Below are positions 12,305-24,560 of a DNA stretch of 64,000 nucleotides, piece after piece (position 1 is the stretch's first letter; every line of letters starts with the position of its first letter). The stretch is taken from NCBI GenBank assembly GCA_011109175.1, contig RDEW01000003.1:1871761-1935760 (forward strand). The letters are read 5' to 3'. A model generated the notes under the pieces. It made no database searches. It was not told the origin of the DNA and saw nothing but the letters and a program-made list of their open reading frames with translations. The position numbers and the translations under genes are program-made. This DNA is from Dicyema japonicum. Lineage: Eukaryota; Animalia; Dicyemida.

Positions 12305-12570
12305 TATTAACCCCGGATACACTGAGAATGAAGTTAAAGTAAATAACTAATTAAGTGTATCCAGTTTCCACTTCTACAGAGTCCATCAAGAATCAGCATA
12401 AAAGGTAAGACGTCCATTACATGCAGTTGTGGAAACCCCTCCAGTGGAGTGGGGAAGAGCAAATGATCCTTTTTCGTGCCGGCCTGGCACTGGGCGTCAC
12501 CTAGACAGGTGGATCACATGACGCCACTCTAGTAAGAAGAGAGAGGAGGAACAGACAAGCAAGCAGAAAA
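12305..12570 (-). mobile_element. LINE 3' end (GYT-stop variant)
   Basis: Aligns with 1600-1870; partial copies near 32880-32990, 50045-50120 and 62630-62730. Confidence 0.6.
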
Positions 12571-13569
12571 CTTCAGCCAATTAACCACGCAGCACCACAT
12601 GGCGCCAGGCGGCTATATATCACTTCACGAGGCTTTAAATAAATAATAATTAGTAAACTGCTGATATATATGAATAATCAGTTCAACGATATTCCTTTTT
12701 AATACTCCAGTCCGATGATTATCACTTCATAAGGTTGTGAAAGATTTCATTTGTTGAGACCGGAAACAATTCTATTTATGGAAATGAAAGGCCAAAACAA
12801 AGACGAAATGAAAAGCATATGAAAGCTTACAAATGGAATTATTGGAAATCCAATCAGANTTTTGCAGAAAAATTTATCATAAAGTCAAAAAAGGACAAAA
12901 TTTTAAAGTCAGTATTAGGTCAAAATTTCAGATTTATAAAGTCAAAATAAAAATCGCCCTACTTATAACTTTATTGAACCGGACAGCAAATAGAAAGGAT
13001 ATGATCTCATAAAAATTATACAGAATTGGGGAAGATCAAAATTTTAAAGTCAGTATTAGGTCAAAATTTCAGATTTATAAAATCAAAATAAAAATCGCCT
13101 TACTTATAACTTTATTGAACCGGACAGCAAATAGAAAGGATATGATCTCATAAAAATTATACAGAATTGGGGAAGAGCTAAATGGCAGAATAAAACGGAA
13201 ATGGGAACCGACATAGAGATGTTTCTCATAATCATCGTTGTCATGGTTGGTAAACGATAATTTGAAAAAGTCAAATAAGTTATCAAACAAAAATATCATA
13301 ATTTCATAATAAATAATCATCAAAATTATTACAATAAACAAAATTGAAGCATTTTTAAGTTCAGATCACACTCACTGCATATGATTGTGACGTACTCTCT
13401 CCTCCTGTCCTTCCAAAAATTAAGGGATCATCTCAACGTGTCAACAAAGATATATAATTTTGTAGGTATCTCCAAAAGATGATCAAATACTCCATTTCAA
13501 CGTAAATCTGGGTAATCTCCCTCATTGAATGACCATTCATAGATAATTAGTGAAGGAATTCATCATTCT

Positions 13570-13800
13570 TCCCCGGTGCTCCTCCCTCGTACCCACACAA
13601 GCTCGTACAGGGCGGCTGACTGTATTTGCAGGGCCACCTTCCGCATGCCGGAGCTTTGTTTAATGAGGGCCTCCAGAGTAGTCGGTCCGATTCTGTGTCT
13701 CCCACAAGACCACCGGTCCGTCATTCTGAAAGCCTTCTTTTGAACGTCCTTAATTTTCTTATTGTTCGTCCATGATAATGAAGGTCCCCACGAAGCACAC
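13570..13800 (-). mobile_element. LINE RT C-terminal fragment
   Basis: EYACASWGPSLSWTNNKKIKDVQKKAFRMTDRW..HRIGPTTLEALI, homologous to 11800-12150. Confidence 0.8.
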
Positions 13801-13939
13801 GCGTATTCATCTACATTTGATACTGATTTGATGTTAACAAAACCAAAATATTTAATTATTTTAAATTTATTTTATTTATTCAAATAATTAAATGATTTTT
13901 ATTCTAAATGAATTTACGATTTATGATAAAAAAAAATAT

Positions 13940-14080
13940 CTTCAACTCAAATTTGGACTCCCTCGACTTGCAGTATATTCAACCGTCTCTAACTTACGGG
14001 TGTGCTGCATGGAGAACCAACCTATCAAACAGGAATATATAAAAAATAAATACCTTCCAAAAAATTGCCAGTAAGGGTTT
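13940..14080 (+). mobile_element. LINE RT C-terminal fragment
   Basis: QYIQPSLTYGCAAWRTNLS..*KINTFQKIA. Confidence 0.65.
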
Positions 14081-14719
14081 GCAAAGATTTTCTTGGACAA
14101 CTCTAAACCCTTTGAATGACCGTAACATTTCTATCATATTTATACAAGCACAATATCGGTCCATACATTTAAAACGTATGTGCTTCGTTGGTCTAATCCC
14201 TTTAGATGCTGGGAAAGTGGATGAAAGATTGATTTTCGATTTGCATCTGCTTGCTACGATAATAAAAGAGAACATAGCTAGACAGGATTTAAACTTTTAA
14301 ATGATTTTCGTACTACTCTCTCAGCTAGATACGTATTATTTATACGTCGTAAACAAGAAAGTCATATATATGAATGGTCTCGGTATGTATCTGCAGTCAG
14401 TGGATTCTATTAATGGGAAGGTTGGGTGGTTTGGATTAACGATTGTCTGCTATTATGTACGCTCCTCATTTTAAGGTGACCGAGAATCACCACCATTTAT
14501 TAAGAGAAAGACAGGTGATCCCGCTATCTATTAGTGTTCTCATCAATGAAGATGAAGAACCACCACTGCTCTTAAAGGTCTCTGAACCGCACGTGATTGC
14601 ACTTTGAATCTCGCCAACGGCTATTTTATTAACAGCCAAACCACTCAAATATTAAAAAAAACTACATGTTGAGTATTTTTTTAGCTTCCCCATTAAGGAA
14701 ATTTTAATAGAGCTGTATC

Positions 14720-15150
14720 ATTATCAACCCCACTTATCTTATACTTCAATTAACGTCCTCTCATTAATGTGATATAAAATACTTACAAAACCAATTAATG
14801 TAACTCTTCTTATCTTATTACAAAACCACCGACAACGGTAGTTGGTGAGGGCAGCTACTCAGCCTAACAACTACCTCTACGAAAACATGACCAAATACCT
14901 TTAAAGCAACCCAAGATACGAGATAACCATATTTTTTTTCTGGAGAGCCATCCAGGAATCTCGTTCATTCTTGTCCAATTAATATCAAAAATCAGTATAT
15001 CTGACAGATATTAAATGCGAATCTTGACCTTTCTCATTCTTATGACTCCAAAATAAGTCCCCTAGGTATATGACCTGCAGCGAAGTTGACTCTATATACT
15101 CCAGGAATTACATGGATATGTTATCTATTAAAGATTCTCCCAAATCTAGA
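14720..15150 (-). mobile_element. Highly decayed RTE-like RT C-terminus
   Basis: QVIYLGDLF followed by weak thumb-domain similarity; many stops. Confidence 0.35.
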
Positions 15151-15599
15151 ATTCAAGATCCAAGTCCAGAAAAATCGAGATGTTCCTAGTGGTCAGCAAA
15201 AGCGCTGTTAGGCGTTAAATTTATTCAGCTGAGAAAATAAAAAAAAATGTTTCTTAAATAAAGATCATGGTGACCAAAGTTTACACGGGGGTAGTATGCA
15301 TATACGTGTAGAACGCCTCCGATCGAAGTGAGTTGTCATCGTATTTTAGTCATGTTGTCGACGACTTAAGATCGAGGTGTGGGTTGTCTAATGCTCCGAA
15401 GAGGACCTTATGAAGGTTTTTAGGTTGATCCTTTAGATTAAATTAATTTTTGTAATTCATTCAACCTCTTCGCGTTTATTAGCTCACCAACGCCAACATA
15501 CTTCTATTGTGGAGTTCTTCCTAGTAGACACGCTATTATGGTGTCGTGCATTCGAAAGCTAGCTTAGTTGACTACGCCATGCTAAATTTTAGCCTTTTC

Positions 15600-16000
15600 T
15601 TATTCCCTGCCAGCACATGGACATAGTTGTATCTTAGTACTCCACGGATCGAGACATCCATCACATCTTTTAGATTCGAACTCTGCAACATCTATGTAGT
15701 AGTTCATCAGCGAGGTAGCATACTCAATACCATGAAGAACTTCCATGTATTTAGAGATCTTACATAACAACGCTGACCTTCTACGAATTCCTTTAGTAAT
15801 TTGCCGCTTTGTCTCAGACATGATAATGGACTTTGGAGTTTCTGTAACACCCAGATATTTATATCCTTCGTGTTCCTCTAGGACTCTTAATATTATAAGC
15901 AACAACACAGAATCATATTAGCTATAATTCTATACGTGATGCATTTGTATGATCCTCGATACTAGTCTCTCCCACCTTTTCCTATTCGATGGCAGACTCC
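15600..16000 (-). mobile_element. R4/Dong-like RT fragment
   Basis: GYKYLGVTE..RRRSALLCK..IEYATSLMNYYI (YKYLG..NxxAisliNY pattern). Confidence 0.65.
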
Positions 16001-16189
16001 GAAAACTACTGAAGTCTTCACCGTCTTCAGTACTCTGTTTACAGGTATCAAATCACCATTAAGGACCTCGTGAATCGAAGTTTCTGTAAAATAAATTAGT
16101 AAGTGATTCCAATTTAAAGTTATTTTTCCCACGATTCATTCACATAAATGTTAAACACTTTTTTAAAAGACTGTTTTGAATCCGAATGA

Positions 16190-17196
16190 GATATTTTTAA
16201 CATAACTGATAGTCGTCTCTCTTTAATGCAGTCAGACAAAACTTTGTGGGCTTCATAACCTGGCACCGAATCTTCCTTAGAAAATAAATACACTTGAATA
16301 GACTTGAGTATATCCCAAAGTCAAAGGCATAAATCTAACAATATTAAGCAAGGTATATAAAATATGATCATATTCTTATAGAGTTCAATTACATTCTCGA
16401 AATATGCAGATACTTGTAAATGATCATAAATGACCACTCAAAATCAGAGTAAAGTTCATTCTGATAATGCAGTCTTCTAAATATTAAAAATTTATACTTC
16501 AATGTGCCAGTTACCTGGACAGTAGCCACAACCTTGTACAAGTTCTGTATTGTATTCGTTCCAGAATGATAATCACTTAGATGAGAAGAGGACTCATGTG
16601 AACTGTTTATGTAAACGGAACATCGAAACTGTAACCATCCAATCTGACAAACTCCTCAAATGGAGGCTGTAAAGTCTGTATCCAAAATTATAGTCAAGGA
16701 AACAACCTATGTCATGACAGAGGCCAGCAATTTCGACGAAGAAATCGTCGACTGAACTGTTTATGTAAACGGAACATCGAAACTGTAACCATCCAATCTG
16801 ACGAACTCCTCAAATGGTGGCTGTAAAGTCTGTATCCAAAATTATAGTCTTGGAAACAACCTATGCCATGACAGAGGTCAGCAATTTCGACAAAGAGGAC
16901 GTCGATATCATTAATGTTGAGTTCGGGTTGTTTATCCATCAAATTCATTGAAAAATGACCTGCTGAATGACAAACACTAAAATAAATCTGAATGAGGGCA
17001 AGACCCTATGCTATGTCAAAACGACAGTGGGAAGCCGAAGGGTAGACCAAATATGCATGACCATGCCGTTTCAGTGATTGAAGACGTTGAAATTCAGGAG
17101 TGTCTTTAATAGTCACACAAAGGGATGGAAGACGTGTTAGTAGATACAATCTTTGAATAACTACTATATAACCCCCAATACTATTTTGTTGTACAT
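16190..17196 (-). pseudogene. SAMHD1: SAMHD1-like HD-domain dNTPase pseudogene lacking a SAM domain, unprocessed (micro-introns 17161-17181, 21 nt; 16977-17004, 28 nt; further degenerate ones)
   Basis: ATG 17196: MYNKI|LFKDCIY*HV..DTPEFQRLQSLKRHGHAYLVYPSASHCRF(E)HSIG|[39 protein letters not shown]..YSH, compared with the SAMHD1 motifs [50 protein letters not shown]. Stops and frameshifts present; the 3' extent below about 16550 is uncertain. Confidence 0.85.
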
Positions 17197-17261
17197 TATG
17201 TTAATTTTAAATATTCATTAATATTTTAAATTTTGTTAAATAATCTGTCCCGATGACACAG

Positions 17262-17293
17262 CTATTTATAGGGTTTCTTAACCAATGACGTCA
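17262..17293 (-). promoter_or_regulatory. Compact Pol II promoter (CRE site, CCAAT, TATA) oriented toward the SAMHD1-like gene
   Basis: TGACGTCA 17286-17293, CCAAT 17282-17286, and CTATAAATAG on the minus strand 17271-17262, about 65 nt upstream of the ATG. Confidence 0.55.
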
Positions 17294-17879
17294 CTGTTTG
17301 AATCAATAAGGTCATTTCAAATAAATAACGTCAAAACAAGAAATGTGTGGACAATGAGCCTTGAAAATCAGCAAAAGCGGACATTCTCATTTTGATTAAT
17401 TAGCTGTGACTTTTTGTGCTGGACTTACCAAAGATTGTAATCCTGTGGTTAATGTCGAATAGCATCACGTCCGTGGTAAAGCATGGGGTCGGGCTGATAG
17501 GTTAAATTTATTATTATAAATCATCATGAGACGAAATTTTTAATTTTCAAAATAAAAACATGATTGGCGTTCCAAAAGACAAAAATGAGAGAACTTTACA
17601 TCAGTCCCTTATTTTCAAAGGAAAAAAAATTAAAACATGCTCTACGTTGTTCAGAGTGTAAGCAAAATTAAAGTTTTGTTCAAATTAAATATCACATTTT
17701 GTTTTTATTGAAAAGTTTTTTTTACGACGACTCTTTCTGCTGACGAGAAGTATACGGTGTGTCATGCTTTGTCGCTAGTTGGACAAAGAGAAACAATCTG
17801 GAGAAAGGGCCATAATTACGTCTCTAATCAAAAATAAGATTAAAGTCATGGAAAAAATGTCGACATTTAAATGGAAGAG

Positions 17880-18300
17880 AAAATTTCATATGGACAACCA
17901 AACGTTTGAATTGAATAAAAGGTCTTTTACAGGAATTTGAATTCAGGACAAAATAATATTAATACCTCAATTGATAATGAAAAATGCGCAGATTTTTGGG
18001 AAGAATTATGGAAAGGAGGAGTCTAAATTCGGATCAAAATAATCACTGTTAATAAAAAAAATGTGAACAATTTATTGCAGATTGCATCGATCTGAGCAAT
18101 TTGGTTCAGTATTATTTAAATCATTTTGGCCGAGACAGGGTCTATGGCTAAAAAAACCAAATTTATACCATCACGAGAAATGAAGTCTATGCTGACAGGT
18201 ATAACTGTTTTAATTAATGTAGTCTTTGATCTGCATCTACCAATTCTATGGAAAATTAGGAGAATATATACAAATACTGAAAAAAATTTTTCTATTATAA
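17880..18300 (+). mobile_element. Decayed Ginger/KRBA2-like integrase N-terminal region
   Basis: HFGRDRVYG*KNQIYTITRNEV resembles the integrase zinc-binding H..G..R..Y.I.R segment. Confidence 0.35.
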
Positions 18301-18429
18301 CAATTCTATTCATGAAAAACCCTTCATATGCATTTAATGTGTTCATGTGGACTTCATGTGGAATAAGAAGTAAGGAAAAAATAGAATGTTTTCTCCGTAC
18401 ATGAATCGGTAAAAGAAACGATTGATATA

Positions 18430-18590
18430 GCAGACTATCTATATGATGAGGGACTAAAATACGAAAATTCATCCAACATCCTAGTGGAAATTTCAGATCA
18501 CACAATGAAAACAGATACAAAAGCGATAATCGACAACATGACAGTTGACTCAACAAACATATCAGACTGTTGGCGTGGATATCCAACTAA
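18430..18590 (+). mobile_element. Merlin (IS1595/ISXO2-like) transposase fragment
   Basis: ILVEISDHTMKTDTKAIIDNMTVDSTNISDCWRGY (I.SDCW.GY core motif). Confidence 0.6.
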
Positions 18591-18974
18591 CAGTTCGTTC
18601 TCATGATAAATATTTTTTTTTAATTCCAATAAAATTTCGACATAGAAATAAATTATTATATTTTCAATAATATATAATTTTTACAAGTAAAAAAAATTTG
18701 AATAACAGATCACAGTAAATACCGAAAAATCAAATAGTGAAGAATAACCCATGATTATTGGTTACCAATATATTTGAGATTTTGCTAGCAGCCTTCAACA
18801 CTATTTGATGAATCCAATAATATATATAATATTGAAGCAAATGTATGACAATACAACAAAAAATAGAATACAATACAAAAAATTAAAAAAAATTAACCAC
18901 AGATACGTGGAAACTACACGCCAAATAAAATTCTAATGTTTTGAAAGGTTCGCCATATTGTAAAATAATTTTTT

Positions 18975-19110
18975 AAAGAGCCCTGGAAGAGTCTGCGGAA
19001 TACCCCGCCATACTTGAACATGTTGGCCTGGACAAAGGAGATGGAAAACGTCCCGACGGGATCACAATTTTCCCATTTGAAGAGGGGAAACCTTGGTCTG
19101 GGACGCTTAC
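18975..19110 (+). mobile_element. CRE-like RLE fragment
   Basis: YPAILEHVGLDKGDGKRPDGITIFPFEEGK..VWDA. Confidence 0.8.
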
Positions 19111-19480
19111 TGTTAAATCCACTTGAATCTCACAAACTTGTTCGCAGTAATATTGTACATGGAATGTTCCTTGAGTCTCTTAGTTTTCTTAGTTATATAT
19201 TGACGACACATGTACAGCCACCTCATTATGCCTTCGTAGGTAATCGCTGTTTAGCATACGACCACAGTTTTTCGCAAAGTGGTCGACACTTTTCCTGGAA
19301 GAATTACAGAGCTATAACTGATATGGCTCCTCGGAAAGTGCGAATATTATTATTATTAAATGACTAGTAACGCAAATACTGCATTTATTCTTATTGAGCA
19401 ATGATATTCTCTGATTCTCTTGGAGATAACGATGCTCCTAATCGTGAATTATTAGTAATTTATAGGTTCTTGTGATTATG
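19110..19480 (-). mobile_element. R4/Dong-like zinc-knuckle region fragment
   Basis: KSVDHFAKNCGRMLNSDYLRRHNEVAVHV (TVDH...C...Y..RHN.V motif). Confidence 0.7.
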
Positions 19481-19739
19481 CCCCTAGAATATTTCTAATT
19501 ACCGAAAGTATAGCAGTTTGAATGGCCGGGAAGGAAAGTGAAATTATTGAATGATACAATAAATCTATCAACAAAGAGAGTTTCTCTTAAACTGACAATA
19601 AAAAATAATTTAAAACGCAAAGTGGTAATATATTACTATTATCAAATTTTACTTTTAAACTATAGCTTTTATAAAAGGTTTAACCTATTTGACTGTTTAA
19701 TCACTATTATCTGTTCGAGAAGTAGTAGACCGTCTTCTG

Positions 19740-20600
19740 GTCGTCAGGACGACATGATGATTGTCCAATTCTGTACAGATACGAATCTATATGGTGACAA
19801 CAACGTAGGCTCACCAAGTTGAAACTAACTTTTTGACACGATAATTCATCAAACGCTTCAGCTTTCGAGGTTAAATTGAGAAATAAGTCTAACCTTTTTC
19901 ATTTGCATCACACATTCCACCGTCGCAGAATTAACTTCATTCTTAGATAGAAGAGTTTTCACTTTGGAAATCATTACCAGTGACTTTATTTATACTCTTC
20001 AAGGATTATCTTTTAGAGAAGCTTAATAGTATTTGATGAAAACTTATAGACCAGCAAAAAAGGTGTTAAGGAGAGAGTAAACGTTGTTATAGAAGTCATA
20101 TAAATCTGTTAAACGAGCTTATTGCGAGTTCATTGAAATCTGTTTCATTATCCCATTAACAAGGTGAAAGCGCAATATGAGATATATAGGCAATTCCATA
20201 TCCGATGCTAAAAGGCCACCACCAAATCCCTCAATTTGTAAGCAGATTTCAAAATATTTTTTAACCAAGGCAGAGAACAGATCCAGAAAGTTTCGATTCC
20301 TAAATAAGTGCAATATCCATCTTGATTCTGTCCGTGAATTGAACGTCTCTTCCGAGGGACATCCAAGTAAACCTGGATCGTCTAAGATTTGGGTACCAAC
20401 CCTCTCTAAAGGCGTATGTACGTAAACTGGATGATTTAAATATGTTTTTTTACGAACTTTTGGAGTTGAAAGCAAATCACCATTTTGAATGTCCTGAATT
20501 AGTACACTATTCGTCTACAATTCGAGGACTGAACGATCTATGTGAACAACCAGTATTTGCAAAGTCCAAGTAATGAGGCCGGGATTAATTAAGTAACTAA
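19740..20600 (+). mobile_element. Decayed I-group LINE 3' part with C-terminal knuckle
   Basis: LPRDIQVNLDRLRFGYQPSLKAYVRKLD..HHFECPEL..LNDLCEQP; homologue at 31075-31460 (-). Confidence 0.55.
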
Positions 20601-21960
20601 CTAGCTTTAAAAAGATTCAGCCATCGTAAGATCACTTCAAACAAAACATTCAAAGAATACACGACCCACATATAGATCACCTCTCCCATTTACAAAAGGA
20701 TCTACGTATTAAATGCACGAACACTCACAACCAAGTGAAAGCAACTGAGTTCAAAGTTCAAAGAAACAAAATTATGCGAGAAATCAAGAAAAAATGTCAG
20801 ATAAACCACGAAACAGAGCTACAAAAACCTTGCAAATATTATAGGAAAGTACAAACACGAAGTGCAAATGTATGCATCAATAAAGATCTAGCGCGAAGAC
20901 CCATATACAAATCCAGGAACGCACAGATACCATAGCTGATCACTTTGAAAAATACTTCAATTTGAGACTCTACAAAACGAAAACATTTTTTCTACTAATA
21001 TAATTGACGTCGAGAATAACATAAAACCAACTCCTGCAGATCTGACGGAATACCCATAATTATTCTTAAAAATTTGGATCTTATCGCTCTCATCGTTTTA
21101 GCATAGAATTAATCCATCAATCAGAATTCTATCGTCATTATCTAAAAATTATCAAATATACAATCGACTTCGAATTCTGGGACCGATAAAAGTACAAGAA
21201 TATTACAAAAAATGAATTGGTAACTTCGTGGGTTACGGAGAGGAATGGTCATATCAAAAACCTCAAGAAAGATTCTGGGACCGATGAAAGTACAAGAATA
21301 TTACAAAAGATGAATTGGTAACTTCGTGGGTTACGGAGAGGAATGGTCATATCAAAAACCTCAAGAAAGTCTTGAAGTTCCTATCTAACACAATGTAACA
21401 GTGATCACTCTTGTCGCCGTCACTTTTAATCTGTTGTTACAAGCCTTACAAACAAAATACGACGGCAACTCACTAATGCAGATGCTGTAAATGCCACATC
21501 CACCAACAGATAACCACTGGACGCTTCCATGACTTCCTGACTAAATAGATGGTTGAGCGGAATCTATCAACGATAAATCATGCACATCTCTAAAATCATG
21601 CACATCTCGAACAGAAGATTCTTTTACTTTGGTATAACCATGCTTCTTAACGGAAAACAAACCCCACACAAAAACTAGATCAAAAAATTTGGACTGCTTT
21701 GTCAGCATCATGGAAGTAATATTGTTCAATGACAGGTATAATGTCCGATTTCATTGCTACAATAACTGTTGACCCCACAGCGGTTACTTACCTCGCACTC
21801 ATTTATATCTGTAAACAGAACAAAGATAAAATACCAATACACCTCCCAGAAGGAGACATTACAAATCTGCTATGAAAGATGTAGGCATCAGAGCCATTTA
21901 TTTTCGCGCACAAGTGATCGCATTAGAGATGGCCCTTGCACTCATTAGTGACTAAACTAA
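20600..21960 (+). mobile_element. Highly decayed LINE RT region
   Basis: RNKIMREIKK..DHFEKYF..LLSPSLFNLLL; many stops; internal tandem duplication at about 21175-21370. Confidence 0.45.
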
Positions 21961-21974
21961 ATATTTGAATATAC

Positions 21975-22920
21975 CTAGCACGTTAATGAAATGCATCCCA
22001 CCAATGTCATGATTTTAATTGCACGATTTTAATGTATTATCAAGACGCTCGTTGATCTTAATTCCCAACACAAACCGTAACAATGATACCCGTTTCCGTA
22101 AAAGCCGGATTTACAGTACAACCGTACAAGAACTCATAGTTAACACAGAGTCCATTAACGAGATCACAAAGCTGAAACTTATACGGAAGATTTTGTGCTT
22201 GATTTTCATGATTAACCGACCTGTACACAGTGTTTTGTCACCAACAGTATATTCTTCATATCCGTCCCCACATTCGCAGTGTTACGAGCTACCAGTAATA
22301 ACGCAGATCTAATTTACTCAACATTTCGCTACGTCGACTCGCATATGCTTTCTGTGATATATAATATCATGAAATTGGTAATTTATATGAGCACAGTAAA
22401 GTTACCTACACACATTATTCTTGTTACTGGCACTTAGCAACCCCATCAAGCATTCGTTTATATCTTGCAATCACATTCATTTTTACCAACATGCTGATTA
22501 CTTGTAAGGTCCTTAAAGAATCACACAAAACAATAGCAATAGTAGGAACCATCTGTAATTACACAATTCTGTTGGCATGGATTATTTTTGCACTCGTCGA
22601 CATCTAAAATGCTCAAAAACAGGAACCGTTCACGAACATTTGTGTTTTACGCATCCACCTTTGCAAATGCAGAAAAGTCTCCATAATCAATTCGACAACG
22701 ACTATTTGAAGAGCAGATTTTAGGATCCTCACATTCATTTATATCTCAAATTCATTAGAAACTTGTTTACCGACACATTTTCCATTAATATCGACAGTAC
22801 CCTTTGAGCACTCACAAGCATAAGATCCCTCCGTATTTTTGCAAGTTTGATTTAAGTCATTATATGATTTATTAGTTGTTCTGCATAAATCAGAGGAAAA
22901 CCGTCAGTTCTTTAATATCT
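21975..22920 (-). pseudogene. Tandem calcium-binding EGF-domain gene (fibrillin/fibulin-like array), unprocessed pseudogene with micro-introns between modules
   Basis: QTCKNTEGSYACECSKG..GKCV|DINECEDPKICSSNSRC..SCICKGG; DVDECKNNPCQQNCVITDGSYYCYC; DINECLMG; CECGDGYEE..LCT; CKSGFYGNGYHCY. Phase-1 GT-AG introns at 22745-22770 (26 nt), 22464-22486 (23), 22198-22220 (23). Stops and frameshifts present. Confidence 0.85.
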
Positions 22921-24289
22921 ATCAAAGTCGATTCCTTCTGTAATCGTTTTTTAAGTGAAATTATTCTTTTAGAGACAAAAGTATAGCTCTATGATTCAGT
23001 TGTCCAACCAGGATAATAATTAAATCATAATAAATTTGAATTAACTAACACCAATTTTATATCCCAGAAAAATGAACGATTAAGTTAGTTAAATGTTAAA
23101 TTGAACTCCACAAGTTCCAAGTACATTATCCTTGTTTTTATTGGNNNNNNNNNNNNNNNNNNNNNNNNNNNNNNNNNNNNNNNNNNNNNNNNNNNNNNNN
23201 NNNNNNNNNNNNNNNNNNNNNNNNNNNNNNNNNNNNNNNNNNNNNNNNNNNNNNNNNNNNNNNNNNNNNNNNNNNNNNNNNNNNNNNNNNNNNNNNNNNN
23301 NNNNNNNNNNNNNNNNNNNNNNNNNNNNNNNNNNNNNNNNNNNNNNNNNNNNNNNNNNNNNNNNNNNNNNNNNNNNNNNNNNNNNNNNNNNNNNNNNNNN
23401 NNNNNNNNNNNNNNNNNNNNNNNNNNNNNNNNNNNNNNNNNNNNNNNNNNNNNNNNNNNNNNNNNNNNNNNNNNNNNNNNNNNNNNNNNNNNNNNNNNNN
23501 NNNNNNNNNNNNNNNNNNNNNNNNNNNNNNNNNNNNNNNNNNNNNNNNNNNNNNNNNNNNNNNNNNNNNNNNNNNNNNNNNNNNNNNNNNNNNNNNNNNN
23601 NNNNNNNNNNNNNNNNNNNNNNNNNNNNNNNNNNNNNNNNNNNNNNNNNNNNNNNNNNNNNNNNNNNNNNNNNNNNNNNNNNNNNNNNNNNNNNNNNNNN
23701 NNNNNNNNNNNNNNNNNNNNNNNNNNNNNNNNNNNNNNNNNNNNNNNNNNNNNNNNNNNNNNNNNNNNNNNNNNNNNNNNNNNNNNNNNNNNNNNNNNNN
23801 NNNNNNNNNNNNNNNNNNNNNNNNNNNNNNNNNNNNNNNNNNNNNNNNNNNNNNNNNNNNNNNNNNNNNNNNNNNNNNNNNNNNNNNNNNNNNNNNNNNN
23901 NNNNNNNNNNNNNNNNNNNNNNNNNNNNNNNNNNNNNNNNNNNNNNNNNNNNNNNNNNNNNNNNNNNNNNNNNNNNNNNNNNNNNNNNNNNNNNNNNNNN
24001 NNNNNNNNNNNNNNNNNNNNNNNNNNNNNNNNNNNNNNNNAACAAATGTGGATGTCATAAGTTTATTCTGACTTTACAACTTCTCTTATTTCAGGATCTC
24101 TGGACGTTTAGGAGGACATTTCCATAATGATCTAAATGACCGAATTAATCTGAAATCACATTAAGATATGTTTTTAAAAAAAAAGTTCCTTGAGATGAAT
24201 ATGATGCTAGAAGGTCTGCTTCAAGACGACTAGAAATTATTTAACAAATCCTTGGTTGAATGTTTATCAATGTGGTAAATTTGGCAACG

Positions 24290-24560
24290 TTCTGACAAAG
24301 AGGCAGTGAGAATAACTACCTTGCTCCGATTTGACCTTATTTTGTGTTAATGAAAATTCATTTGTGGACGCTGAATCGATGGTTATCATCCTTTAAGCTA
24401 ATTTATGGCTGTCCCCGAGGTAACAACTAGACATTAAAAATGCACTTTTTCTGCTGGCCACAACTAGTTTCTTCCTTTGCGATGGCAACGCCCCGAAGGG
24501 ATAACGATATTCCCATTCGCTAATGGTTGAAACATTGCTTGGGGCGTTACACATGTTAAA
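24290..24560 (+). mobile_element. Decayed CRE-like fragment
   Basis: EAVRIT..ICGR*IDGYHPLS and CDG.RPEGITIFPFANG..AW. Confidence 0.6.

Noticed and set aside
1600-12570. The 270-bp repeat (1600-1870, 12305-12570 and partial copies) as a novel SINE borrowing a LINE tail
   Set aside because: No Pol III boxes, and it ends in a G/R-Y-T-stop frame matching the GIT-stop LINE C-terminus, so truncated LINE 3' ends are the simpler reading
15600-19480. Microsporidian origin suggested by R4-like and integrase families common in those genomes
   Set aside because: cbEGF arrays, animal-type RtcB and intron-rich genes fit an animal much better; TE families are not diagnostic of host
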